A DNA stretch of 64,000 nt from the IMG/VR virus record IMGVR_UViG_3300032167_000048. One strand, given 5' to 3'. Source of the stretch: a virus. Lineage: Duplodnaviria; Caudoviricetes. The translations under genes were made by a program, and so were the position numbers. Under the pieces are notes generated by a model. It saw only the letters and a program-made list of their open reading frames with translations, made no database searches and was not told the DNA's origin. Of this stretch, positions 10,201 through 19,400 are shown in pieces (within the stretch, counting starts at the first letter, position 1; each line of letters opens with the position of its first letter).

Positions 10201-13200
10201 TTAATGAAATAGAAGTTGCAAATCCAGAAGAATTTTTGAGCGATTTAACAGCAAGTGAATATTCTGTAATGGTTGACTTGGTAGCAGATGATTTTGATTT
10301 AAGTGGTTTTGACGCTCAGGCTCTTAGAGATTATATTAGAAACCTTGCAGATATTAAAGATGCAATGGCTTTCGAAACAGATATTAGCGTTGATACAACT
10401 GCGTTAGAAGCTTTAAATACCGCATTATCAGAATCTGCTTCTGCTATTGGTCTTACTGAGACATCAATAGACAGTTTGAAATCAAGATATGAAGACCTTG
10501 AGGGTTACGATATATCTACTTTATTTGAGAGAACTGCTAGTGGTATCAAAGTAAATAGAGATGAACTTGCTAGGTTAGAAGAAGAATATCAGAATTTAAA
10601 ACAAGCAGATGTTCAAAAACATTTAGATACTCTTGTTGACGAATATAATAGACTCACAGCCGAGATTGACAACTGTTCAAATGCAGCTGAAAGAGCTAAA
10701 CTTATGTCTGAGCGTGACGGATATGTGTCACAGATTCAGGAACTTGCCGAATACCAAGCTCAATTAGAGGGCGTTACTGGAGCATATAAAAAATGGATTG
10801 ATGCTCAAAATGAACCAGAAGACCATGAGGGTTATGAAGCTGTTGCTTCTGGAAGAAAAGATGTAAAAGCTGAACTTGATAGAGGTATCATGAGCAAATC
10901 AACAAAAGCTTATATCGACCTCTTATCTGGCGAAGATTTATCTGGTAAAAGTATAGATGAGTATGCGGCAGCTTGGGAAAGACTTGGCGAAACAGTTGGC
11001 GAAACTGGATATACCGTTCATGATTTCTTTACAGTTAATGACGAGGGTAAAATTACAAGAACTGGTATTGATAGATTCTTCGAAAGCGTTAAAAGTGAAT
11101 TCGAAGGAATTTATGATGAAGATACTGGATTGTACGATTTTAGCGAGGATAACCTAAAAGCAATTCAAGAAAAATGGGGTATGGGTATTGATGCTATTCA
11201 ACTCATGCTTGAAGCAGCTTCATCTGCTGGTTATGAAGTTGACTGGGGTGGAATCTTTGATGATATTGAAATAGATTTTTCTGATTATGAAACATTAATC
11301 GCTCTTGCAGAATCAGCACAGCAGGCTTTTAATGACTTGGATATTGATGGGCTTGAAGATGTAGAGTTTAATTTTGAAACTTCGAATATTGAATCTGCAA
11401 CATCTGAAATGAAAGAGGCTCAGAAGATTTATAATGACCTTATAGACCCAGATAAAGACGGAAATGTTAATCTTGAAGCGGAGGGCGCTGAGGAGATGAG
11501 GGTTGTACTTTCAACTCTTATATTCCAAAAGCAGCAACTTGAAGATTCAAATATATGTCTTAACATAGATACTTCTCAATTAGATGAATCACAGGCTGAA
11601 ATTGGTGCTGCGATTAGTGCTGTTCAAAATTTTAGAGAAAAATTCAAAAATCTTGAAATAGCTATTAATACTGGCGATGGTATTGAAAATGCAAAAACGG
11701 AGCTTAAATCAGCATTAGATGGTCTTAGTGCTGAGGGAGTTGACGTTGATATTGCCGCCCAACTTATACTTGGTGAGGGTAGCGATGCTGCCGACCTTAC
11801 TGAAAAAGTTAATGCGGCAGTTGAAGCAGTTGGACAACCAGAAGTTGATGTTGGATGCAAGCTTGATGAAACAGCTATTGGGACTTTAAATTCTCAATTA
11901 TTAACTAATTTTACTCCAGAGGCTACTGTTAAAATTACTAAGATTGACGAATCATTAGTAAACAATTATCAGACTACTGAAAAGACTGCTAATGGTAAAG
12001 TTATATGGGATAATGATGAAACATTAGTTAATCAGTTTAAGGCAGAAAAACATGAAGCAAATGGTAAGGTTAAGTGGGATGATGATTCTGCAAGTCTTAA
12101 ACTTTCTGGATGGAGAGCAACTGGTACTGTAACTTGGACTAGTGGAAACAATGTTCAGGTTAAAGTTGTTAAACTTGCTAATGGTACTGCGAATGTAAAC
12201 GGAACTGCTCTTGCTGGCGGTACTACTGGTCGTGCATTTAAGCAAGGTGACTGGAGCATTAAAGACTCTGGAACTGCACTGGTTGGAGAACTTGGTACAG
12301 AAACATTAGTTCGTAATGGTAGATATTATACTATTGGTGATTCTGGCGCTGAATTTATTAAATATAAAAAAGGCGACATAGTATTCAATCACAAACAAAC
12401 AGAAGAACTTTTCAAAAATGGAAGGGTAACTTCTGGTGGTGGTCGCGGAAGAGCTTTCGCAAATGGAAGTTACGCTTCTACTGGTAGAGCGTTTGTAAAT
12501 TCGACTGTATCTGAATCAGATTGGGTTAAAAAATATAAGAATAATTCCAATACAAATAATAACACCTCTAATAATACAAGTAGCAATAGAACAAATACAA
12601 CAAATAGAAGTAATAATAATACAGATACAAAAGATACTGCTAAGGATTTTGAAGAAACATTTGACTGGATTGAAATAGCACTTGAACGTGTAGAAAAAGC
12701 TATTGATAGTCTTGACCAAAAAGCAAATGCTACATATATAACTTGGTCTAAAAGAAACAAGGCTCTTTCCGATGAAATTGGCGTTGTAAACGATGCGATG
12801 GAAATTCAGCAGATGGCTTACGAAAGATACATGGATGAGGCTAATTCTGTCGGTCTTGATAGCAAGTATAAAAAAATGGTTCAGGATGGAAGTATTGATA
12901 TTAACAATATTACCGATGAAGACCTTGCTAATAAGATAAAAGAGTATCAGGATTGGTATGAAAAAGCCCAAGATTGTAAAGACGCAATTGAAGAACTTCG
13001 CGAACAAGAAGCCGAACTTTATGCACAGAGATTTGAAAACGTTCAAAGCCAATATGACGCTGTTGTTCAGGGATATGAACATACAGAAAAAATGCTTGAT
13101 GAATATATTTCTCAGGCGGAAGCTAAAGGTCATATTGTAAGTAGCGAATATTATAATGCGTTAATTGCAAATGAAAAAGCTACTATTTCTGCGCTTGAAG

Positions 13201-15170
13201 ACGAACAGTCTGAGTTAATTGCCAAAAGACAAGAGTACTATGACGCAATGCGTGATAACGGTATGACTCATGAAGAAATTTTGGATTCTGAACAATGGAC
13301 TGAAATGTCTGCTGAGATTGATGGCGTTACCGAAGCCATCGAAGAATCTAATACTGCAATTATTGAATATGGAAATTCAATTCGTGAAGTAGACTGGGAA
13401 GTCTTTGATATGATTCAAGAAAGAATTAGTGCGGTTTCTGATGAAGCAGAATTCTTAATTGAGCTGATGAGTAATGATAAGCTGTTTGATGATAAAGGTA
13501 AGTTGACTGAGCAGGGCGCTGCTACAATGGCAATGCATGCTCAAAAGTACAACAACTACATGTATCAGGCTGATGACTATGGTGCTGAGATTGCTGATAT
13601 TGATGCAAAAATAGCTTCTGGCGAATATGATTCAAAAGACCAAGAGGTTATTAATCGAAGACAAGAACTTCTTGAAGCTCAAAGAGATTGTATACTTGCT
13701 GCTGAAGATGAAAAGCAAGCTATTAAAGACCTTACAGAAGAGGGTATAAATCTTGAACTTGATGCGCTTCAGGAACTTATTGATAAGAAGAATGAAGAGC
13801 TTGAAAGCGAAAAGGATTTATACGAATATCAGAAGAAGGTCAAAGAGCAGACCGAAGAAATTGCTTCTCTTGAAAAGCAGATGTCTGCATATTCTGGCGA
13901 TGATTCTGAAGAAGCAAAAGCAAAGATTCAAGAATTAAAAGTTTCTCTTGAAGATGCTAAAACCGAATTGCAGGAAACAGAATGGGATAAATATATTAGT
14001 GATACTTCTGCTCTCCTTGATACTTTATATTTAGAATATGAAAATATTTTAAATCAAAGATTAGACAATGTCGATTATCTTCTTGAACAAGTTGTTGCTG
14101 GTATTAATGCTACTATGGGCGTTGATGGCACTATTGATACTGCTTTGGGTTCTGAAGGTGCTATTGCTACAGCCATTTCTAACGCTGTTAGTGAGGGCGG
14201 TGGTGTTCAAAAAATCTTAAATAGTGAAGCAACAAGTGTTGGAACTACTCTTTCTACTACAATGGGTAATATTTGGACTACTGGCGAGGGAAATATTAAG
14301 TCTGTATTAACAACATATGGAACTGACTTCCAGAATAAACAGACAACAACTAATGTAGAATTAGGAAAGATAAAATCTGACGTTGCTGCTATGGTAGATG
14401 ATGTAGATAAGGATGCTAAAAAGAAAGTTGAGGAAAAGAAAACTCAAACATCTGCTAATCAGCCTGCTCCTACTCCTGCACCTAAGCCTACTCCTAAGCC
14501 TAAGGACGAAAACAAGAAAGATAATGCGACTGGTGGGGACGGAAAGGCTAAAGTTGGTGACAAAGTTAAATTTGTTAGCGGTAAGTATTATTATGATTCA
14601 TATGGTAAGTCTCCTACTGGTTCTAAAAATCAGGGTAAATATGTTTATATTACAAAAATAAACGCAAAGGGGTCACATCCATATCATATTAGTACTGGTA
14701 AAACACTTGGTAAAGGCGACTTAGGTTGGCTGAAATTAAATCAGATTAGTGGCTATGCTACTGGTAAGAGAAAATTATCAGCTGATGAAGCTGCTTGGAC
14801 TCAGGAAAAGGGTAGAGAATTTATTGTTCGCCCTTCTGATGGAGCTATTCTTACTCCAGTTGCTAAGGGTGATAGTGTTCTAAACGCTAAAGCTACTAGA
14901 AACATTTGGGATATGGCTAATTCCCCTGCTGATTTTATAAGAAATAATTTGAACTTAGGTGGTGCGGATATTCCTAGCGGTTCAAACATTAATAACAATT
15001 ACAATCAGCAGATTGGAAATGTTATATTCAAAATGGACGGAATTAAGAATTACGAAGAAATGTTATCTTCTATGCAAAAGGATAAAAACTTTGAAAAACT
15101 TATTCTTTCAATGTCAATTGATAGATTAGCTGGAAAAAGTTCTTTAGCAAAAAATAAATCAATAAGATAA
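4266..15170 (+). CDS. tail tape measure protein (3634 aa)
   Basis: TP901-type core (IDAAMTELKKVTDET...ADFARLG...VGNAFKTISMRIRG), long coiled-coil regions, VGELGTE and GYATG..EKGRE motifs, N-terminal ~30-aa repeats, precedes Dit and Tal. Confidence 0.93.
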   Translation: MADYTIELGVKLNTNEVDTKIKSYNNKTIKLKADFDPSDITTKLNSYNPKPIVVKSTLNTDGITAKIKAYDPRKMIHLKSKLSMENVETAISNYNNSKPIKLSAELYQGALNKAVQAQAGTVSEIITVKAKLDDNAINKAISTFSSGNSAIPIRVDPDFSNVNFDKVEELLKGYEARTPIKANVQINKTGINNAISEFNTELKGDRNRDILLQVKITDAAISSALSKYNQSNSASSKTGIPIDLTIKPNSDFDARLKAKIAEYEKVPVSIPAQLMPSYSKGKGFTSELQKVPIPIDVTLQNPKALNEAIKAQTGKVVPVKAELIPTANFDAKITKKTIPIYGELDPKNINATIDAFKPTSKIKVGVKLDSIDVNDEVRKLPKSTEKIEVGAKLSPTSINQAISTAKPTSLLRVNIDIQEADVNAQISAIQPTAKIKVLLDFGNASATDKSGVAGIQNTQSPVMMKVKLDREDINGQIRDFKTTSKIKVGIKADFASHSGGQTGIPQQIKNYKTNTKIRVGIKLQTDDINAQIEAIHPTSKIRASIDINNSLNKNDTNAAKVKVQLDKADINNQIQTFTRESKQKMKLNLQFFAAKGSGNNSVTKQIKSAIDQSVGSNKKIPINIELEQGSVQRVQSQIDNIRQQITQLSNIRIDFGGGGNSGGGRGAAAQANETAEAFRYLMSIINEINSKRVQLNKLTGSAQASNEIRTLTDQIDRLDIEYNNLINSLSARGIQFTGEQWSQLETAMIRAGRQIDIVQAKMADKTIAQGQTQSFRELSSILKEIDSLEKNITNLKLQGGNSNQIALLEGELRTLQSTYQHLVTTMNTPLTAAQWGSLYTQIAKTSEDIDRLKAKYADARAEFSKGIKANISNGKLGTELNGVIQNFNRLGIANRQVSDDIRQLQALLKNMDASDDVESVCSDYERFQQLLQTVKYGIKDLQIQMNEANRPEMLAASKEAAVQKLNGLFEKGSQAAKTYGNRVKELRRELDSVGNTAGVDLVNKKINNLATEIKNSGLQTKTLSTALKDQFRKYSSYFSVYTVFMYTARALRSMFEQVKSIDAAMTELKKVTDETASSYDKFLTNAASRAKEIGTTIDGLVKSTADFARLGYNFADAQGLAEVANIYAVVGDEIEGVEDATQSLISTMAAFKDQSSEMSNTEFANEIIDKFNEIGNKFAISSGGIGEAMKRSSSSLDAANNTIDESIALITAANTVVQNPDKVGNAFKTISMRIRGATTELEEAGESTEGMAESTAKMRKEIMALSGVDIMINDDTFKSTFDIMDELSKKWEDLTDIQQASIIELMAGKHQGNVFASLMQNFDIAREALDVSINSSGSAMKEHAKWSESIEARLLKIKAAWQSLSQSFLQSDFLKGLLNTVTSLVDGLDFLVDKFGTIPTLFMGGAVFKTLFNNSGFFKTINTDLTGIINKIGVANRSIAELQQSFSSGKANGGGFFGGISAVKNSMSKTLTEKDISNIKAYNDQIDKCVGSQTAWNRTMLTSSRHAQNLVANAKGGKVAVDGLTASTKSSRLATIGLTAATTALNIALTMGISLLITGVIKALDKAITTKKELAEQVTEVTEKFKEQHEQLKKLKGDYDTSDEKSMASRYEKLSKGVDDLGRNISLTADEYSEYQDILNKIAEQIPSLVSGYDEQGNAMISCKGNVDDLIEAYENLIHLQNQEVLTSAGDIGKDFNNSAKEAKGNDLWGSFRKGMTNMSSWQQWLANALNPSFGVYKAVDYIADWTVGNDMTIGTASALRELLNTDREEVADVISNYDEQTLQEIQTALKDADIDVGFLGNNTAEALAEAIENEPAKIKGIIDNFYGDLQDTIDPQKSVALAKLSEAFDVRSSLSGVNYDNISEEMKAIATQTVNSLDFDFFAELLDKGQTIGQWTDTILNQLNSISDVDNAKLSAKFSLETEFNNGEISYGEYVNGIKDAENLISGLDLDEEVVSQIKFSLNTEEVIGNYDDIVKRLNEIEVANPEEFLSDLTASEYSVMVDLVADDFDLSGFDAQALRDYIRNLADIKDAMAFETDISVDTTALEALNTALSESASAIGLTETSIDSLKSRYEDLEGYDISTLFERTASGIKVNRDELARLEEEYQNLKQADVQKHLDTLVDEYNRLTAEIDNCSNAAERAKLMSERDGYVSQIQELAEYQAQLEGVTGAYKKWIDAQNEPEDHEGYEAVASGRKDVKAELDRGIMSKSTKAYIDLLSGEDLSGKSIDEYAAAWERLGETVGETGYTVHDFFTVNDEGKITRTGIDRFFESVKSEFEGIYDEDTGLYDFSEDNLKAIQEKWGMGIDAIQLMLEAASSAGYEVDWGGIFDDIEIDFSDYETLIALAESAQQAFNDLDIDGLEDVEFNFETSNIESATSEMKEAQKIYNDLIDPDKDGNVNLEAEGAEEMRVVLSTLIFQKQQLEDSNICLNIDTSQLDESQAEIGAAISAVQNFREKFKNLEIAINTGDGIENAKTELKSALDGLSAEGVDVDIAAQLILGEGSDAADLTEKVNAAVEAVGQPEVDVGCKLDETAIGTLNSQLLTNFTPEATVKITKIDESLVNNYQTTEKTANGKVIWDNDETLVNQFKAEKHEANGKVKWDDDSASLKLSGWRATGTVTWTSGNNVQVKVVKLANGTANVNGTALAGGTTGRAFKQGDWSIKDSGTALVGELGTETLVRNGRYYTIGDSGAEFIKYKKGDIVFNHKQTEELFKNGRVTSGGGRGRAFANGSYASTGRAFVNSTVSESDWVKKYKNNSNTNNNTSNNTSSNRTNTTNRSNNNTDTKDTAKDFEETFDWIEIALERVEKAIDSLDQKANATYITWSKRNKALSDEIGVVNDAMEIQQMAYERYMDEANSVGLDSKYKKMVQDGSIDINNITDEDLANKIKEYQDWYEKAQDCKDAIEELREQEAELYAQRFENVQSQYDAVVQGYEHTEKMLDEYISQAEAKGHIVSSEYYNALIANEKATISALEDEQSELIAKRQEYYDAMRDNGMTHEEILDSEQWTEMSAEIDGVTEAIEESNTAIIEYGNSIREVDWEVFDMIQERISAVSDEAEFLIELMSNDKLFDDKGKLTEQGAATMAMHAQKYNNYMYQADDYGAEIADIDAKIASGEYDSKDQEVINRRQELLEAQRDCILAAEDEKQAIKDLTEEGINLELDALQELIDKKNEELESEKDLYEYQKKVKEQTEEIASLEKQMSAYSGDDSEEAKAKIQELKVSLEDAKTELQETEWDKYISDTSALLDTLYLEYENILNQRLDNVDYLLEQVVAGINATMGVDGTIDTALGSEGAIATAISNAVSEGGGVQKILNSEATSVGTTLSTTMGNIWTTGEGNIKSVLTTYGTDFQNKQTTTNVELGKIKSDVAAMVDDVDKDAKKKVEEKKTQTSANQPAPTPAPKPTPKPKDENKKDNATGGDGKAKVGDKVKFVSGKYYYDSYGKSPTGSKNQGKYVYITKINAKGSHPYHISTGKTLGKGDLGWLKLNQISGYATGKRKLSADEAAWTQEKGREFIVRPSDGAILTPVAKGDSVLNAKATRNIWDMANSPADFIRNNLNLGGADIPSGSNINNNYNQQIGNVIFKMDGIKNYEEMLSSMQKDKNFEKLILSMSIDRLAGKSSLAKNKSIR

Positions 15171-15172
15171 AT

Positions 15173-15215
15173 TGGGATGGTGCAAGTTTTTGCTTGCACC
15201 TCTTCCCTATTTTTT
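15173..15215 (+). terminator. rho-independent terminator after TMP
   Basis: GGGATGGTGCAAG...CTTGCACCTCTTCCC followed by TATTTTTT. Confidence 0.6.
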
Positions 15216-15259
15216 AAAGTGCAAATTTTGCACTTTGTAAGTTTGTGAGGTGCAAAAAT

Positions 15260-15562
15260 ATGAATGAAAAAAGATATGAAAAAAGACTTGAATTTCAACA
15301 AAAAATGATTTCTAAACAATCAAAACAAATTGAAGATTTAAAGTTAGAAATTGAAAAATTGGAATCTAAAATTGTAGAAAAAGACAAAGTTATAAAATCT
15401 GTTGATTCATTAAGAAAGGAATTGATGGATGACGTTAACGATATGAAACAGAGAAAAAAAGAATATATTTCTTTGATTGATGAATTAAAAAACATGAAAA
15501 AAATACTTAATCAAGAAGTCTATAAAGGTAGATGGTGGTTGATTAAGTTTCTTATAAAGTAA
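15260..15562 (+). CDS. small coiled-coil hypothetical protein
   Basis: GAGGTG SD before ATG 15260; heptad K/E/L pattern. Confidence 0.55.
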   Translation: MNEKRYEKRLEFQQKMISKQSKQIEDLKLEIEKLESKIVEKDKVIKSVDSLRKELMDDVNDMKQRKKEYISLIDELKNMKKILNQEVYKGRWWLIKFLIK

Positions 15563-15596
15563 AAAATATTAAAAATATGAATCGAGGTGAGATGAG

Positions 15597-16397
15597 ATGG
15601 TAGTATACGATTTTGAATTTGATGGTCAAAGACTTAGTGAGCTTGGAATGACTATTTGTTCATTTGGTGATAAAGGGCTGGAAACAGTTGATAATGGAAG
15701 TCAAGTTTCTTTTAATACGGTGTCTGTTCTTGGAGGTTCTCTTCAGAGAAAGACCAGTGCTGTATATGAAGATTGTTTAGAAGCAACTATTCAAATATGT
15801 AAATATTCATGCGCTACAGATGTAAAAGAAATAACTCCAATAGAACTTAGACAACTTACAAAATGGCTCAATAGAAAGAAATTTTTAAAATTTAAATTCC
15901 TTTCAAATGATTATATTGATTTATATTATGAAGCAAAAATTGATGTTAGTAGAATTGAACTTGATGGAAGATTATATGGGTTAGAATTAAATATCACGAC
16001 TAATCGTCCTTTTGCTCTTAAAGAACCTAGAAAAATTCTTATTAATAATGCTATAAAAGATGGAAAACATTTTATTAATGATACGTCTCATGAAGAAGGA
16101 TATATTTATCCACATACAGAAATTACTTTGGTTGAGGGCGGAAAACTAACTATATATAACGCCATAGAAAATAGAGAAACAATTATTGAAAATTGTGTCG
16201 CTGGAGAAGTTATTACTATGGATTATCCTATTATAAAATCTAATATCTCGTCTCATGATTTAAATATACAGAATGATTTTAATTGGAAGTTTTTTAGAAT
16301 AGCAAATACATATAATAATAGCAGAAATGATTTGATAATTTCATTGCCTTGTATAATGAAAGTTGAATATTCTCCTATTATTAAAGTTGGATTGTAA
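15597..16397 (+). CDS. distal tail protein (Dit)
   Basis: DFEFDG..LSELG start, TTNRPFA motif, position directly after TMP. Confidence 0.75.
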   Translation: MVVYDFEFDGQRLSELGMTICSFGDKGLETVDNGSQVSFNTVSVLGGSLQRKTSAVYEDCLEATIQICKYSCATDVKEITPIELRQLTKWLNRKKFLKFKFLSNDYIDLYYEAKIDVSRIELDGRLYGLELNITTNRPFALKEPRKILINNAIKDGKHFINDTSHEEGYIYPHTEITLVEGGKLTIYNAIENRETIIENCVAGEVITMDYPIIKSNISSHDLNIQNDFNWKFFRIANTYNNSRNDLIISLPCIMKVEYSPIIKVGL

Positions 16398-16411
16398 GGT
16401 GGTGATATCTT

Positions 16412-19400
16412 ATGGCAATTAATATTAAATTTGATTTAGCTGGAAATCCAGAGCCGCCAACAATACTACTTGCTAATAAAAATGGCAATATATTAGGTCA
16501 ATTAAATGTAGACGAAGAAAGCATTGATATTAGCGATAAGTTTAATGATGCTTCTGAATTTAGCTTCACATTAAATAAGTTTGTTGATGATGAAATTACA
16601 AACTTGTGGGATAAGGTTGTTAATTTTAAACTTGTATATTGCGAAGAATGGGATATGTGGTTTGAGATAACTGTTGAACTTGATGAAGAAACAGAAACTG
16701 TTAAAACGGTATTCTGTACACAGCTTGGTCAAGCAGAATTATCACAGCTTAAATTATATAATGTTGAAATTAATACAGAGTCTGATATAGCTCGTGATGA
16801 CTATAAAATAACTATTTTATATGATGAAAACGACCACGAAGCTTCATTATTGCACAGACTATTAAAAGACAAAGCGCCACACTATTCTATAATTTACGTA
16901 GACCCTACTATTGCTAAATTACAGAGAAGCTTCTCTTTTGACGACACATCTATTTGTGATGCATTTATGGAAATTGCAGAAGAAATTGGATGTCTGTTCG
17001 TGTTTCATTCTAATTCTAAAAATGGAAAAATACAAAGAACTATATCTGTATTTGATTTACAGCAGAATTGTTTAAATCCAGATTGTAAACATCGTGGAGA
17101 ATTTACTGATGTTTGTCCTAAATGTGGCGGACAAGATAAAGACGGTAATAAATATGGAATTGAGTATGGATATGGAGAAGATACTAAAATATTTGTAACG
17201 TCTGACGAGCTTGCTTCTGGTGGGATACAATTAAAAACAGATACAGACGCTGTTAAGAATTGTTTTAAACTTGAAGCTGGCGATGATTTGATGACGGCAA
17301 CAGTTAGAAACTGTAATCCAAATGGAACTGATTATATCTGGAGATTTTCAGATGATATGAAGTCTGATATGTCAGAAGAATTAAAAGAAGCATTAAAAGC
17401 TTATGACTTAAAATACAAAGAATATTGTGACACATATAAGTCAGAATTAGATAAAGACTTAGTAAAAAAATATAATGCTCTTGTAGAAAAATATAAAAAT
17501 TATTATGATACTAAGTCAACTTGCTTAAACTGTAAAAACGAAGAGGTGTTTGACGGAAATTGTCCTAAATGTGGTAGCAGCAATGTTTTATCTGGTGACA
17601 GTCTACAACCTATCCCAAATGAAATTATTGGTTATGCACCGTTAATGAATGCTTATTATGACACGATTGATTTTGCATTATATCTTGAATCTTCTCTTAT
17701 GCCTGATGTGGACTTGACTGAGAAATCTCTTTGTTCAGATTGTAAGTATGAAGGGGTTTTTAAAAATACTTGTCCTCAATGTGGTGGTACAAATATTTTG
17801 TCAGGAGCAGAATACCAAGCAAGTTTATTAACGACATCTGCCCTCTCTACTGTTGCTGTAAAGGTTGATAATGTCGAGGGTATATCTTTGTCAACATCTA
17901 ACACTTCTGTTTTATCTATGGCAAAGGTTATTGTCAAATCAACATATAAAGTAGAAATAAAAACATCTTCTTTGTCTGAAGATAAAATTTGGACTGGTAG
18001 TTTTATTGTTACAAATTATTCTGATGAAAATGATACTGCCGAAAGTGGAACTATTAGTGTTATAGTTAATAATGACACGGAAACATATGTAGAGCAATTA
18101 ATAGAAAAATCATTAAACAAAGATAACACGAATGATTATAGTGTTACTGGCTTATTTGAAAAGGAACTTATAGTAATTGACAAAGAAATTGAAAAAATAA
18201 ATGCAGAAATCGAAGAATTAGATAAAAGAATTGAGGAAGACCCATACAATACAGACTTATTAGAACAAAAAGCAGAAGCTGTTGGTTTTCTGAGCGAGCT
18301 AATATTACTGCTTGAAGATGGAAACGAGTTTGGCGGAGAGTTTTATGATGAACTAAAAAAATATGCTCTTAATCCATTAAAAAGTTTTTATGATGCTTGT
18401 GATGCTTGTTTAAATATATTAATAGAGCAAGGTGCTGGTAGCGAAAACGAAAAACCAGATTTATATGAAAATTTATATAATCCTTATCGTCAAAAGTCTT
18501 CCGCTATTTCTAATGAGATTGCACTTAGAGAAGAAGAAATTAATTTGATTAATGGTATATCCAATGAAAATGGTGTTGTAGACCCAAAAGGAATTAAACA
18601 AAATATTGAATCTTGCAGAAATTCTATACAAGATGAACTTAATTTTCAGACTTGTTTAGGAGAGGAATTATGGCTTGAATTCTGTTGTTATCGCAGAGAA
18701 GATAAATATTCAAATGAGAATTATGCATCAGACGGCTTAAACAATGCAGAGTTATTTAAGAAAGCTTCTGAGTTTTTTGAAGTTGCTGAGAATGAAATAT
18801 TTAAAGCTTCTGAGCATCAGCATTCAATTTCTACCACTTTAAATAATCTATTGGCAATTCCAAAATTTAAAGAGTTAATTAAATATTTTAATCTTGGAAA
18901 CTGGATTCGTGTACAAATTGACGATAATGTTTATAGACTTAGACTTCTTGAATACGGAATTAACTTTGGAGATTTTGATAATGTAGATGTAGAATTTTCA
19001 GATGTAACCAAGATAAAAAATGGAGTTACAGATGTGCAAGCTGTTTTATCTCAAGCTTCTTCTATGGCTACTTCTTATAGTTCTGTGAAAAGACAAGCAA
19101 GCCAAGGAGAGAAAAGCAATACTACTTTAAATGATTGGGTTAAAAATGGTTTAAGTGCTACAAATACAAAAATTGTAAGTGGTGTTGATGAATCTATATT
19201 GCTTGGCAAAAATGGATTTTGGTGCAGACAAATAGACCCAGTAACTGGCGAAGTTAGCAATGAGCAAATAAAAATATTTGATTCTACAATTGCCATTACA
19301 GATGATAAATGGAATACTACTAAAACGGCTATTGGTAAATATTATTATATAGATGAAAATGGCGAAGAAAAAATGGCATATGGAGTCAATGGTGAAACAA

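Noticed and set aside
12535-12630. Asn/Thr low-complexity tract in the TMP
   Set aside because: An ordinary flexible linker with no exact tandem unit.
4616-15319. Many short antisense or out-of-frame ORFs inside the TMP gene (and similarly within other long genes)
   Set aside because: Shadow ORFs arising from codon bias; no SD sequences or recognisable motifs.
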